Positions 34,295 to 45,157 of a stretch of DNA of 64,000 bases are shown here, one piece after another (the first letter of the stretch is position 1; every line of letters starts with the position of its first letter). The stretch lies in assembly GCA_965203325.1 (NCBI GenBank), contig OZ241875.1, positions 1,642,609 to 1,706,608 of the forward strand. The letters run 5' to 3'. The DNA is from a bacterium. Its GTDB lineage: Bacteria > UBA8248. The notes under the pieces are model-generated. The model did no database searches. It was not told the DNA's origin and saw only the letters and a program-made list of their open reading frames with translations. Both the position numbers and the translations under genes were made by a program.

Positions 34295-35542
34295 CTACCT
34301 GCCCGCCGCCGCCTCGGCGACCCGAGGGGAATAAATAATATCATCGACTTGCGGCGGATCTTCGAGAAAGCCTGCCGCCTTCAGCGTCAACACGTCGTTC
34401 GTGCCGTCTGAATGCAGGAAGCTCAAGGCATCGCGCATGAGCTTTTCGATGGGGTTTTTCCGCATATACCCCGCCGCCCCCCAAAGCTCCATCGCCTCCT
34501 GGCAGACCTGTACGGCGGACTCGGATGCGAATACCTTGCTCAGCATCGCATTTTTCCGGTCCATCTCCTCAAGCTGGGTGGACCACGCGGTACGCCACAG
34601 ATAAGAACGTGACGCTTCTATCTTCATCGCCATACGCGCAAGTCTGATTTGCTGGAGTTGATGGTCGAGCAAGGGCACGCTTCCCTGGATTCGGGCATGG
34701 GCATACTGCAAAGAGAGATCATACGCACGTTGCGCGACCCCCAATACGGTGGCGCCCGCCTGGATGTTGCTCCCGTGCCTGATGAACAGATTGGCCAGCG
34801 CCGGCAGAGCCTCGCCCACTTCCCCGATTTGGTCTTCCGCCGGGACTTCCACATCGTGAAACTCCAGTGTGCCGTTCTGGACACACCTTTGGCCAAGCTT
34901 ATCCCACACCTCCGTGACTTCAAAACCCTTCGCATCAGAGGACACCAAAAAGGCCGTGAGACTGTTCATCATGGGATTGTCTTTATCCGTGCGGGCGGCT
35001 ATCTGATAAACTTTGGCGAGACCCCCATTGGAGATGTAACGCTTGGAGCCGTTCAACACCCAGCGGTCTCCTTTTTTTTCCGCATACGTCTGAATTCCCG
35101 CCCCGGGATTCTGGTTGGGCCATACATTGTCACTACCCGCCATAGGCTCCGTCCAGGCGGTCGCCAGAATACACTCGTCATCATCCATGATTTTAGGGAG
35201 CCAGCGTTTTTGCTGTTCTTCATCCGCCATGTTGGCAATTGACGTCATGATCTTCCACGTCTGATCAAAGGCGACAGCCAGTCCCAAATCTCCATAGGCC
35301 AGCGTCTCGCCCACGATGGCGCAGGAAAGCACGTCGGCGCCTTCACCTCCAAACTCTTTGGGGACGGTGAGTGTTCTGAGGCCTCGTTTGGAACCTTCTC
35401 TGATGACTTCCCAGTTAAAGGATGCTTCGGGATCCTCGATGCGGTCCGCAACCTCCGCTGCGGGGATCATGACTTCGGTGGCGAATCTTTTCGCAGTATC
35501 CCTGAGTTCCATTTGCCGCGGGGTGAGCTGGAAATCGACCAT
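34295..35542 (-). CDS. Acyl-CoA dehydrogenase
   Basis: TEPMAGSD, LNGSKRYISNG, KLGQR, ELWGAAGY, EKLMRDA, DGTNDV. Confidence 0.92.
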   Translation of the reverse strand: MVDFQLTPRQMELRDTAKRFATEVMIPAAEVADRIEDPEASFNWEVIREGSKRGLRTLTVPKEFGGEGADVLSCAIVGETLAYGDLGLAVAFDQTWKIMTSIANMADEEQQKRWLPKIMDDDECILATAWTEPMAGSDNVWPNQNPGAGIQTYAEKKGDRWVLNGSKRYISNGGLAKVYQIAARTDKDNPMMNSLTAFLVSSDAKGFEVTEVWDKLGQRCVQNGTLEFHDVEVPAEDQIGEVGEALPALANLFIRHGSNIQAGATVLGVAQRAYDLSLQYAHARIQGSVPLLDHQLQQIRLARMAMKIEASRSYLWRTAWSTQLEEMDRKNAMLSKVFASESAVQVCQEAMELWGAAGYMRKNPIEKLMRDALSFLHSDGTNDVLTLKAAGFLEDPPQVDDIIYSPRVAEAAAGR

Positions 35543-35668
35543 CGGTTTTATCCTCCAAGGGTAATTGTCCTGGCGATTCAGTCGCGATGAAACAATCGCG
35601 AATCATTATGTCAAGAAAGCCCGCTGTTGCGCCTCCGCTTATTCCGGTTCTCAGGATGCGAGCGTATA

Positions 35669-36067
35669 TTAAAGAGCCGCCGGGTTCTCGCACAACTCGA
35701 TGCGGATATTCCCGGGCCCTCGGACATAGGCGATCATCCGCCCGCCAACCCCGCGGCGCACGGGCTCCATCATAATCTCGGCCCCTTTGCCCCTCAGCCA
35801 CTCGACGGCGGCTTCCACATCCGGAACGCCGAACCCGAAATGATCCAGTCCCTGAACCAGTTCCGGCCCGACTGAATCCGGCGTCTCCTCAGGTCTGACA
35901 CCGCGAGCGAATATCACCAGGCGGCCGATTTGGATCGCCGCGTTGGGCGAGCCCTTGAAGTCCTCATCGTAGCGAATGATTTCCGCGTCGAACACGTTTT
36001 TGAAATACTCGGCAAACGCCTTCACGTCTGCGCAAACGTAGTGAATATGATCAAAACCGAATTCCAT
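35669..36067 (-). CDS. VOC/glyoxalase family protein
   Basis: FDHIH, GLDHFGFGV, GPGNIRIEL. Confidence 0.85.
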   Translation of the reverse strand: MEFGFDHIHYVCADVKAFAEYFKNVFDAEIIRYDEDFKGSPNAAIQIGRLVIFARGVRPEETPDSVGPELVQGLDHFGFGVPDVEAAVEWLRGKGAEIMMEPVRRGVGGRMIAYVRGPGNIRIELCENPAAL

Positions 36068-36087
36068 CGAATTCTCCAATTATGAGG

Positions 36088-37797
36088 TTACGGCGTGATG
36101 ATGATCGGTGAATCCTCAGAATCGGTATCTTCCGAAACACCGCCATCCCCGACATTCTCCTCTTGCATTTCCCCTTCCACACCCTGAGATTCGCGGACCT
36201 GGCGGATAATCCGTTCGAGCATCACGTTGATGGAATACCGAACCATTTCGAGGAACAGCGGCGTGGGTTCATCCGCAGCCGTCCGCACTTCATCGGCCAG
36301 CGTCACACACTCGCGCGCCATCGCTTCATCGCCCGCCAGATGGAAAACGTATCCATTGTCTTCCAGTTGGCCCGATATGCGCTCCCGCAACGCCGCATCC
36401 TGAAAAATTTCTTTTGCGCCGTTTTCCACTATCTGCTCAAGACGCTCTTTTTTCTGTCTTTCGTCCAACGCCACCTGACTTTCCATCGACTCCAAGAATT
36501 CCTGGAAATACGGCCCCACACGCTCTTCATCCATCGCCCAACTCCAAAAAGGCCGATGGGCGAACATCGTGCGCACCTCCATCCTGTCCTCGCCTTCTGC
36601 AAGAGATTTCACCACAGCGCGGACAGGATGCGGCCCCTCCAGGGGAAACGCGTCGGTCTCCGCCAGGGGATCGAGCATGAGTTTCGCATGCGTAAACCCC
36701 CGGGGCAGCGGTACTTCTCCCGCTTCGTTTTCGCGCTGGCCGCGCTCCAGAAGCCAGATCGCATATCCGGCAGGCACTTCCTGTGACGCCAGGGCGGGCA
36801 TTTCTGAAATTCGGCGGAAAACATCGCGCAACTCTTTCCCGCTCATTTCCGCATCCGTGAACTCGACAATGCCTCGCCCCCGGTGCAAACGCGCCTGCAC
36901 GAGATACCTCCCGCGCGGAACCCTCGAACGCGCAAGCCACAATAGCATCTGCCCACGCCCGTCTACGGCGCTGACAACGGCATGAACATAATCGGGATAC
37001 GTGGACCGTTGGGCGGTTCGACTGCCCGCATCCGGCGATTTTTCAACTTCCACGCCTTTATTCTTCAACCGGAATATCGCTTTGCGGATTCGTGACAACG
37101 TATCCTTGTCCTTGCTGGATTCCGAGAGCTTTTGAAGCGCATTCGCGGCCTCCTGCGTAGCCGTATCCGCCAGAATTTGAATGAAGTATGGGGGCGGTAA
37201 TGTTCCTTCACCGCCCATCGCTTCCGCCAGCATGAGCAGGCGATTCTCTGAAACGCCCGGCTTGTTCTCGAGGCCGTCACGCAACACGACTTCCTGCAAA
37301 AAAGGAGGCAGGTCATTCAACGACGATACAAGGGACGTTGCGGAATCGACCGTGAGGGACTCATTCCGGCTGAAACGCTCAGAAACCTCCTGAGCGCGGC
37401 TTAAATTTTCCGGATCGAAACCATCCGGCAATTCTGCTCGCGCATCCAACGCCCGGAGAGTCTCCAACAGCGCCGCGAGTCCCGGTATCGACCACCGCAT
37501 CGTCCGAATAAGCGAAACAAGCTTTTGAGCGACGGATACATCCCCAAGCTCGCGCAGAGCGAGAAGCGTGGGAATACGGCCCTCCCGAGTCGTAGAGGAC
37601 AGGTGGTTGAATACGCCGGCGAGCCCGACATCTCCCATTTCTCTGATTTCGTCCAATAAAGGCGCAGGCGCCATGGCGCCCGGTGGAGGAGGAACCGTGA
37701 ACGATGCTTCGAGACCGGCCGCTATGGCGGCGGCCCTGTCCAAATCTTCCTTGGAAAAAGATTTTTTCGAGGCCTTTAACCTCGATTTCTTTGCCAA
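36088..37797 (-). CDS. Conserved hypothetical helical protein (about 570 aa)
   Basis: Long ORF, SD aggag 8 nt before TTG 37797, acidic tail ending IIITP. Confidence 0.7.
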   Translation of the reverse strand: MAKKSRLKASKKSFSKEDLDRAAAIAAGLEASFTVPPPPGAMAPAPLLDEIREMGDVGLAGVFNHLSSTTREGRIPTLLALRELGDVSVAQKLVSLIRTMRWSIPGLAALLETLRALDARAELPDGFDPENLSRAQEVSERFSRNESLTVDSATSLVSSLNDLPPFLQEVVLRDGLENKPGVSENRLLMLAEAMGGEGTLPPPYFIQILADTATQEAANALQKLSESSKDKDTLSRIRKAIFRLKNKGVEVEKSPDAGSRTAQRSTYPDYVHAVVSAVDGRGQMLLWLARSRVPRGRYLVQARLHRGRGIVEFTDAEMSGKELRDVFRRISEMPALASQEVPAGYAIWLLERGQRENEAGEVPLPRGFTHAKLMLDPLAETDAFPLEGPHPVRAVVKSLAEGEDRMEVRTMFAHRPFWSWAMDEERVGPYFQEFLESMESQVALDERQKKERLEQIVENGAKEIFQDAALRERISGQLEDNGYVFHLAGDEAMARECVTLADEVRTAADEPTPLFLEMVRYSINVMLERIIRQVRESQGVEGEMQEENVGDGGVSEDTDSEDSPIIITP

Positions 37798-37959
37798 AAC
37801 CACTTCTCCTATTGTATATGTCTCAAAGCACACATCATCGGCGGGGGTAACACATACTGTCAAGACGAAGTCGAAACACGAATTTCTCACATTTTCAGAT
37901 TTTGCCGACTACAACATACACATGACAGAATCATCGTTGTATTGGTCCCTGGAGCCAGC

Positions 37960-38949
37960 GTGAACTTTCGATTTGCCCATTGCGGCGATTTCCATCTCGG
38001 CTATGACTTCGGCTATCTCCCGCCCCGGAAAGCAGCGGCGCGCCAGGCCGATCTTCGGGTGGCGTTTTTCCGCACCGTTCGCGAAACCCTCAAATGGGGC
38101 GCACAGGTATTCCTTGTATCGGGCGATCTGTTCGACACACCGCACCCAGGTGATCGCGACGTAGAAATCGTCTCGAAGAATCTCGCGCACTTATCGAAAA
38201 AAGGGGTGCGCTGCTTCGCCATACCCGGCAACCACGACCCGAGACACCCGAAATCCGTGTGGAATCGACCCGAAATGGCAAGCTATATCCACCTTTTCCA
38301 CGGTGACGCCGCTGCCGGGTTGGCGCAGGAAAATATCGGCGAACTCAACCTGACGATTGCCGGAATCCCCTGGGATACCGAAGACGCCTTCAAACCGCCT
38401 TTGCAGGAAATCCTCGCGCGGAAACCGGATGTAAGCGACAGGTCCATCCTGCTTCTGCACGGTTCGGAAGCCGCTCTCGCCTCAGAGCACCCCGCGTTCA
38501 AGGAACACCCATTCGAAGCCGATGATTTGAAGCGTTTGCCCTTCGGTTACGTGGCCATCGGCCACTACCACAAACCCATGGACGTCGCCAGGTGGAGCGG
38601 CGGCGCCGCATGCTACAGCGGCTCGCCCGAGGGTTTGCGGTTCAGCGATCACAATCTGGGGGAACGCTCCATCGTTTTGGGAGAAATGGACGAGGGGGGC
38701 TCTCTGGTTCGACTCGAACGAAAAATCATCAATGCGCGCACGATGAAAACGCTTTCCTATTCCGCCGGGGACGGGACGACCACGGACGACTGGTTCCGGA
38801 CTATCGATGACATGAGAGACCCCGATACCCTTTTGAGAGTGCGCGTCCCGAAACAAGAAGGCGGTGAACAAAGGCGGGCCGAAGTCCTGTTATCCTCGCT
38901 GTGCAGTGACTATTTCTATCTGGACATTATCTGGGAATCACCCTCGTGA
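37960..38949 (+). CDS. SbcD/Mre11-like DNA repair exonuclease
   Basis: DFHLG, SGDLFD, PGNHD, LHG, GHYH, YSGSPE. Confidence 0.85.
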   Translation: MNFRFAHCGDFHLGYDFGYLPPRKAAARQADLRVAFFRTVRETLKWGAQVFLVSGDLFDTPHPGDRDVEIVSKNLAHLSKKGVRCFAIPGNHDPRHPKSVWNRPEMASYIHLFHGDAAAGLAQENIGELNLTIAGIPWDTEDAFKPPLQEILARKPDVSDRSILLLHGSEAALASEHPAFKEHPFEADDLKRLPFGYVAIGHYHKPMDVARWSGGAACYSGSPEGLRFSDHNLGERSIVLGEMDEGGSLVRLERKIINARTMKTLSYSAGDGTTTDDWFRTIDDMRDPDTLLRVRVPKQEGGEQRRAEVLLSSLCSDYFYLDIIWESPS

Positions 38950-39734
38950 GCGAAAGCATCTGGTGTGACGTCTCCTTTTCCCACCCGGAAATCCCCACGA
39001 GACTCAAAGATGCGCATCGGGCGCACGCCGATAATGCACAACACGTTGTGTGCGTCGTAATCGATATACTGAGAGCCACGACGAACATCGCCGTCATCCT
39101 GGAGAACGGATGTTCCGCGATATATCCATGCGCGTCTCCTGAGATGGCGCATGAACTGGCCCGGAAGCTGAGACACGTGCATGGCGCCGAACAAATCATT
39201 CTGGGCGGAGAGCAGGACGGCAAGCCGATTGAAGGATTCGACGGGGGAAACTCTCCGCTCGAATACACGCGCCGGAGAATCAACGGCAAGACCTTGATAC
39301 TCTCAACGAGCAACGGCACCAAAACACTCTCAGCCGTAAAGAATTGCGGAGAAATTTTCACCGCCGCTTTTGTGAACATCACCGCTGCGGCCGAACGCAT
39401 CGGGTCTATTCTTCTTGCCAACCCGAATCAATCCCTCCTGATCGCCTGCTCGGGCCGCGAAGGCGCTTATTGTGAAGAAGACGCCGTAGGGGCGGGAATG
39501 CTCCTGCAAATCTTGTCCAGACATCTGGAAAGGCTGGAATTCTCCGACACCGCCCGGGCAGCCCTGCATGTTGCAAACGGGGCTGAAAAAAACCTGGAAA
39601 AGATGCTTTTTCAGAGTTGGTGGGGCAGACACTTATCATCCCTGGGGCTTGACGAGGACATATCCTTCTGCGCGCAGAAGGACATCACGAGGGTCGTTCC
39701 CAAGCTGGATGCCGGGATAATAAAGATATCTTAA
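38946..39734 (+). CDS. comB: 2-phosphosulfolactate phosphatase family protein
   Basis: VIDILRATT, GGE, GNSPLE, STSNGT, EDAVGAG. Confidence 0.88.
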   Translation: MSESIWCDVSFSHPEIPTRLKDAHRAHADNAQHVVCVVIDILRATTNIAVILENGCSAIYPCASPEMAHELARKLRHVHGAEQIILGGEQDGKPIEGFDGGNSPLEYTRRRINGKTLILSTSNGTKTLSAVKNCGEIFTAAFVNITAAAERIGSILLANPNQSLLIACSGREGAYCEEDAVGAGMLLQILSRHLERLEFSDTARAALHVANGAEKNLEKMLFQSWWGRHLSSLGLDEDISFCAQKDITRVVPKLDAGIIKIS

Positions 39735-40543
39735 GTTTCGAGGTCCTTCGCCAGGACGTTCTCAACCATATCGTGCGGCTCCGGAGAATTCGCTCCGGGC
39801 TTCAGGTGCATAAAGAATTCCCGGTTTCCCTTCGCGCCCGCAATCGCGCTCGATGCGATGTCCCGGGGGGTCAATCCCGCCCGAAGCGCTTCATCCCAGA
39901 CGCGGAGGAGCACTTCACGGTGAAGCGCGGGGTCGCGAACGATTCCGCCCTTGCCGACACGTCCCCTCCCCACTTCGAACTGTGGTTTGACGAGAACGAG
40001 CATCTCTCCATCTTCGTCGAGCAACTCATGAACCGGTTCGAGCACCTTCATGACGGAGATGAACGAAACGTCCACGGCGCATAAACCCGGACGTTCTTCG
40101 CCCGCCAGCGATTGAAAAATTTCCGGCGTCAGATGCCTGGCGTTCACACCTTCCAGAAGAGTGACCCTGGGGTCATTCCGCAACTTCCAGTCAATCAAAC
40201 CCTTGCCCACGTCCACCGCCGCAACGCGACGGGCGCCACGGGTGAGCAGCACATCGGTGAATCCGCCCGTCGACGCGCCGACATCCATGCAGTATTTATC
40301 CAGCGGATCAACCCCGAAAAAATCCAGCGCACCTGCGAGCTTCAGGCCGCCCCGGCTGACATAGGGACAAGGGTTTTCCTTGAGGGTGATGGATGCGTCT
40401 TCCGGAAACGAAGAACCCGCCTTGGTGGCGGGTTCGCCGTCGACACTCACAAGACCTGCCAGAATCAGGCTGCGCGCGCGCTCCCGGCTCGGGGCCAGCG
40501 CACGTTCGACGAGTAACTTATCAAGCCTCTGTTTCTTTGCCAT
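39731..40543 (-). CDS. tlyA: TlyA family rRNA 2'-O-methyltransferase
   Basis: S4 domain, YVSRGGLKL, DVGASTGGFTD, DVSFIS, KPQFE, GNREF. Confidence 0.95.
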   Translation of the reverse strand: MAKKQRLDKLLVERALAPSRERARSLILAGLVSVDGEPATKAGSSFPEDASITLKENPCPYVSRGGLKLAGALDFFGVDPLDKYCMDVGASTGGFTDVLLTRGARRVAAVDVGKGLIDWKLRNDPRVTLLEGVNARHLTPEIFQSLAGEERPGLCAVDVSFISVMKVLEPVHELLDEDGEMLVLVKPQFEVGRGRVGKGGIVRDPALHREVLLRVWDEALRAGLTPRDIASSAIAGAKGNREFFMHLKPGANSPEPHDMVENVLAKDLET

Positions 40544-42455
40544 GCGCCGCCAGATCGGCAGAATCAGCCTTGCCTTCCATCAGATCGCGAGCCGCCTGGG
40601 TGATATCGCCTGGCGTGAGTCCACAGTCGTCGCGCTGGAGTTGAGGCGCTCCGTGCTCGATAAACCGGTCGGGAATACCCAAAACCGTGGTGGAAACGTC
40701 CCGGATGCCATGCGCCGCCAAAAGCTCCAGAACGCCGGCGCCCATTCCACCGATGCGCGTTCCCTCCTCGATCGTGACGATGCGTTTGCAGCGCCTCGCG
40801 AGTTCCAAGACTTTCTCCTCATCCATCGGCTTCACAAAGCGGAGATTCAAGACCGATGCCTCAATCCCGAGTTCCGCCAATTGCCCGGCAGATTCCATGG
40901 AAAGGCCCACCATGGGACCCAGGGCGATGAGAGCGATGTCATCGCCGTCGCGAAGCGATTCCGCCTCTCCGATGGGAATCGTCTCGATATCCTCATCCAT
41001 CGGCACCCCTTCGCCGGAGCCGCGCGCGAAGCGAACTGCCGCCGGACCGGGATGTTCAATCGCGGTCAAGACCATTTTCTGAAGTTCATTTTCGTCTTTG
41101 GGCGACATGATGGCCATGTTCGGCAGACACCGGAGATAGGCCAGGTCATAGGCTCCCTGGTGGGTGGGCCCGTCATCGCCCACGAGACCGGCCCGGTCCA
41201 GCGCAAAGGTAACGGGCACGTTCGTGAGGCAGACGTCGTGGATGATTTGATCATAAGCCCGCTGCAAAAACGTGCTGTAAATCGCGGCGACCGGCTTCAT
41301 TCCCTCGAGCGCCAGACCCGCGGCGAAAGTCACCGCATGCTGTTCGCACATCCCTACGTCGAAGCAGCGCTCCGGCAACACTTTTTGATAGTTCACGAGC
41401 GCCGTACCCTCAAGCATGGCCGCCGAGATGGCCACTATCTTTTCATCCTTTTGACTGAGTTTCACCATGGTATCGGTAAAAACTTTGGAGTAGCCGGGAG
41501 GGCCGGGCGCTTTCTTGTGGAATTCACCGGATTCGGGATCGAATTTCGTCACGCCGTGATAGGTGATGGGTTCCGCCTCGCTATAGGGATACCCGTAACC
41601 TTTTCGGGTTACGACGTGCACCAGGTTGGGGCCATCCAGGTTTTTCACGTTTCTGAGAGTGGGAATCAGCAAATCGAGCCGGTGTCCGTCCACCGGGCCG
41701 ATGTACCGGAAACCCAACTCCTCGAACAAAATTCCCGGCACGATGATATTTTTCAGAGACTCCTCCACCCTGTCCATCAGCGTGACGGCATGACTCCCCA
41801 CCACGGGAAGGTGGCTGATTATTTTCTGGACTTCCGCACGCACCTTGCGGGCCCGGTTCGACCATTCACCCGTCATGATTCGCGCCAGATAGGAGCACAT
41901 GGCGCCTACGTTATGCGAAATTCCCATTTTATTGTCATTGAGAATAACGGTGAGGTTCCGCTTCGAATCGCCGGCGTTGTTGAGTCCTTCCATCGCCATG
42001 CCGGCGGTCAGGCTGCCGTCTCCGATGATGGCGACGACCTGAAAATCCTCGCCCGAGAGGTCTCGCGCCGTGGCCATGCCCAGGGCAGCGGAAATGGACG
42101 TGCCGCCATGCGCCACGTTCAGATGGTCGTATTCACTCTCACGCCTGTCCGGGAAGCCGGCAACCCCCTCCCACTGCCTCAGCGTATGGAACTGGTCCCG
42201 GCGTCCCGTGAGGATCTTGTGCGTGTAAGCCTGATGGCCGACATCCCAAATCAACTTGTCCTTCGGCGTATCATAGAGATAGTGAAGCGCCACGATGAGC
42301 TCAGCGGCACCCAAAGATGCGCCGAGATGCCCGCCCGTATTGGAGGTCACCTGAATGACCATGTCGCGGAGTTCATCCACGACTTGAGGTAACTCCTCCT
42401 CCGTCAGTTGTCTCAAATCCGCCGGGCTATCAATACGTTCAAGCAATTCGCCCAT
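40521..42455 (-). CDS. dxs: 1-deoxy-D-xylulose-5-phosphate synthase
   Basis: GGHLGASLG, WDVGHQAY, GDGSLTAG, GPVDGH, YSTFLQRAYDQ, DGPTHQG. Confidence 0.97.
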   Translation of the reverse strand: MGELLERIDSPADLRQLTEEELPQVVDELRDMVIQVTSNTGGHLGASLGAAELIVALHYLYDTPKDKLIWDVGHQAYTHKILTGRRDQFHTLRQWEGVAGFPDRRESEYDHLNVAHGGTSISAALGMATARDLSGEDFQVVAIIGDGSLTAGMAMEGLNNAGDSKRNLTVILNDNKMGISHNVGAMCSYLARIMTGEWSNRARKVRAEVQKIISHLPVVGSHAVTLMDRVEESLKNIIVPGILFEELGFRYIGPVDGHRLDLLIPTLRNVKNLDGPNLVHVVTRKGYGYPYSEAEPITYHGVTKFDPESGEFHKKAPGPPGYSKVFTDTMVKLSQKDEKIVAISAAMLEGTALVNYQKVLPERCFDVGMCEQHAVTFAAGLALEGMKPVAAIYSTFLQRAYDQIIHDVCLTNVPVTFALDRAGLVGDDGPTHQGAYDLAYLRCLPNMAIMSPKDENELQKMVLTAIEHPGPAAVRFARGSGEGVPMDEDIETIPIGEAESLRDGDDIALIALGPMVGLSMESAGQLAELGIEASVLNLRFVKPMDEEKVLELARRCKRIVTIEEGTRIGGMGAGVLELLAAHGIRDVSTTVLGIPDRFIEHGAPQLQRDDCGLTPGDITQAARDLMEGKADSADLAAHGKETEA

Positions 42456-42570
42456 ATCATCTCCCCCACGGGAATTCATCGCAAATCGAATCTGATTTCA
42501 TCAAGGGGATGTCTCGGAAACCGACATTCCACCCTTACCCAAAGATTAACTGCAAAATGATAATCAATCG

Positions 42571-43485
42571 TCAAAACCGACGCAAGATAATAAAATGCGC
42601 CAAAGATTCTAATTCAGGCGCTTTATTCGGGAAAATTTCGAGCGCTCCCAAGGCCTCCTCGCAAGTGGAGCGCGCGAGCCCTTTCGATTTTTCCATGCCA
42701 TACAAGGCGGGATAGGTGGCCTTGTTCAATCCCTCATCCGAGCCTATGGGTTTTCCCATGAGGGCCTCATCGCCTTCCACGTCCAGAATGTCGTCCACGA
42801 TTTGAAACGCCAGCCCGATCTTCTCGCCATAAACACGCAGCGCTGCCAATTGCGCTTCATCACCGCCACCGAGGAGGCCCCCCAGGCAAACGGAAACTCT
42901 CAAAAGCGCGCCCGTCTTTCTTCTGTGGATTTCCTCCAAATGCGCCATATCGCTCACCCGGCCATTGGCCCGGATGTCCAAAAGCTGACCCCCCACCATA
43001 CCCGTCGCGCCCGCCGCATCGGCGACCATGCGAATCGCTTTCACATGACGCTCCGGCGAAACTTTCGCGCCCATCTGTTGATTCGCCATCAACTCGAAGG
43101 CCAGGGCCTGCAACCCGTCACCCGCGAGAATCGCCGCCGCCTCCCCATACACCTTGTGGCTCGTCGGCATCCCGCGTCTCAAGTCGTCATCGTCCATGGC
43201 GGGCAGATCGTCATGGATCAGGGAATAGGAATGAATACACTCGAGGGCGCACGCGGCAGGCAGGATAAATTCGGGATTGCCGCCTACGGCTTCACATCCG
43301 GCCACACAAAGCACGGGGCGCAGGCGCTTTCCACCCGCGAAAAGGCTGTAGCGCATGATCTCGAAGATTTCGGGCGGTTCCGAGGATTCCGGCACGAGGC
43401 GATCGAGTTCTTCTTCCACGCGTTTCGCCCAGCCGCTCAGGTAAGCTGCTGCGTCGATGACGGCGGGGAGTTCGCCTTCATTCAT
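42571..43485 (-). CDS. ispA: Farnesyl/geranylgeranyl diphosphate synthase
   Basis: GGKRLRP, HDDLPAMDDDDLRRG, KTGAL, FQIVDDILD. Confidence 0.95.
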   Translation of the reverse strand: MNEGELPAVIDAAAYLSGWAKRVEEELDRLVPESSEPPEIFEIMRYSLFAGGKRLRPVLCVAGCEAVGGNPEFILPAACALECIHSYSLIHDDLPAMDDDDLRRGMPTSHKVYGEAAAILAGDGLQALAFELMANQQMGAKVSPERHVKAIRMVADAAGATGMVGGQLLDIRANGRVSDMAHLEEIHRRKTGALLRVSVCLGGLLGGGDEAQLAALRVYGEKIGLAFQIVDDILDVEGDEALMGKPIGSDEGLNKATYPALYGMEKSKGLARSTCEEALGALEIFPNKAPELESLAHFIILRRF

Positions 43486-43747
43486 CGTCATCACCATCTT
43501 CGAACGGCTGCAACGATAGTGTTTCCTCCGATTCCCCGGCGAGTTCTTCCACCTTTTTTTGCGCCGCGCTCAACTGCTCCCGGCTGTAGCGGAAGAGCTT
43601 CACACCCTCCTCATACAGCAAAACCGCCTTTTCCAGGGAAGGCTCACCCTCTTCGAGTTCTTCCACGATGGCCTCCAAACGCTCCAGCGCAGCCTCGAAA
43701 CTTTTCGGTTCCGCATCGGGATTCGCGGATTCATCCACCGTATTCAT
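43478..43747 (-). CDS. xseB: Exodeoxyribonuclease VII small subunit
   Basis: SFEAALERLEAIVEELE...LYEEGVKL; lies between xseA and ispA. Confidence 0.92.
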   Translation of the reverse strand: MNTVDESANPDAEPKSFEAALERLEAIVEELEEGEPSLEKAVLLYEEGVKLFRYSREQLSAAQKKVEELAGESEETLSLQPFEDGDDDE

Positions 43748-45144
43748 GGGCCCTCTCCCTCGGGAAAGACTTCTTCTACCCGGCACGTCAAGCCGCCTTG
43801 CGATAAACGAAGCCGCACGGATTCACCTGCCCTCACATCTTCGGCCTTTTTCACCAATGCGCCGGCGGGCTCCCTGTAGGCCAGGCTATACCCCCGCGCC
43901 AAAACAGCCAGCGGCGATACCAACTCAAGGCGCCCGGCGGCGTTCTCGAGCGCGTCCGCCCTGTTCTGCAGAAACAATCCATTCGCCATACGCAAGCGCT
44001 TCAGATTATCGTCAAGTTTCGATACGGATACAAGAATTTTTTCTTTGGGCGAGAGGGCGCGCAGCCTCGGGACTACTCCGGCCAAATGCGTCCATTTCAT
44101 CTGCTGCTGGTGTCCGGCTTCTCTGCTCATGCGTTCATAGAGCGCATCCATACGCTGCGCCAACGATTCGAGCGGAGCCTCGGGCCTTCTGAATACAGGT
44201 TCCCTGAGAAAACGAGACAACTTGTCATCCAGAGAGGCCAGGATAGTCTCGGCTGCCCGTCGCGCGTCATGGATCAAGCCGGTAATGTCCCGGGCGACAT
44301 CCAGCCAGCCTCTGGCCACACGCTCCGCCGCCGCCGTGGGCGTAAGCGCCGATTCATCGGCGGCCAGATCACTCAGCGAGGTATCGACCTCATGTCCCAC
44401 TGCGGATATGAGGGGCGTCGCGCATCCGGCGATTGCCCGAACCACCTCTTCTTCGTTGAACGCCCACAAATCCTCCCGGCTCCCTCCGCCGCGGCCCGTG
44501 ATGATGAGGTCCACGGGGCGCTCAATTTTAGCGAGGTTCTCGTCCGCCCTTCGAATCGCCGCAGCGATGGATGATGCGGCACCCTCGCCCTGCACCCGGG
44601 TGTGGAGGACCACGAGTTCGACAATCGGGGCGCGCTCCTTGAAAACCCGCAGCATATCCCGGAGGGCGGCGCCTTCCCGGCTCGTCACCAACCCCACGCG
44701 GCGGGGGCGGTCGGGAATCTCCTTTTTCCGCGAAGGATCGAACAAACCTTCTTTTTCCAGCCGCTCGTGCAACTGGCGAAAAGCGACTTCGAGCGCGCCT
44801 TCGCCCAGGGGCTCCATGGAAAGCGCCGACACCTGGAAGCGTCCGTCTTTTTCATAAAGCGTCACCCGGCACCGGAGCATCACGCGCATGCCCGCTTCGG
44901 GTTCAAAGCGCAGAAAACGCCTGCGGCCCGAGAACATCACGGCGCTCACCCTGGACGTAGCGTCTTTCAGGTCAAAATAGGAATGCCCGGATGGATAGGT
45001 GCTCCAGGAGGAAATTTCCCCCTCGACCAAAACCTCGCCGAATTCATCTTCCAGCAATTCTCTCGCGCGCGCATTGAGCTGTGAGACGGTGAGCACCGCC
45101 GGGGCTGCGCGAGGCGTATTGTCACCCAGAAGGTCTACGCTCAT
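43744..45144 (-). CDS. xseA: Exodeoxyribonuclease VII large subunit
   Basis: VEGEIS, SGHSYFDLKD, RGGGSREDL, SAVGHEVD, TPTAAAE. Confidence 0.95.
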   Translation of the reverse strand: MSVDLLGDNTPRAAPAVLTVSQLNARARELLEDEFGEVLVEGEISSWSTYPSGHSYFDLKDATSRVSAVMFSGRRRFLRFEPEAGMRVMLRCRVTLYEKDGRFQVSALSMEPLGEGALEVAFRQLHERLEKEGLFDPSRKKEIPDRPRRVGLVTSREGAALRDMLRVFKERAPIVELVVLHTRVQGEGAASSIAAAIRRADENLAKIERPVDLIITGRGGGSREDLWAFNEEEVVRAIAGCATPLISAVGHEVDTSLSDLAADESALTPTAAAERVARGWLDVARDITGLIHDARRAAETILASLDDKLSRFLREPVFRRPEAPLESLAQRMDALYERMSREAGHQQQMKWTHLAGVVPRLRALSPKEKILVSVSKLDDNLKRLRMANGLFLQNRADALENAAGRLELVSPLAVLARGYSLAYREPAGALVKKAEDVRAGESVRLRLSQGGLTCRVEEVFPEGEGP

Positions 45145-45157
45145 CCAAAATCCCTTA

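Noticed and set aside
40380-42392. Long opposite-strand ORFs (also 25266..26477, 44999..46639, 60640..62133, 6631..7965)
   Set aside because: Antisense shadows of well-conserved genes, expected in GC-rich DNA; no motifs
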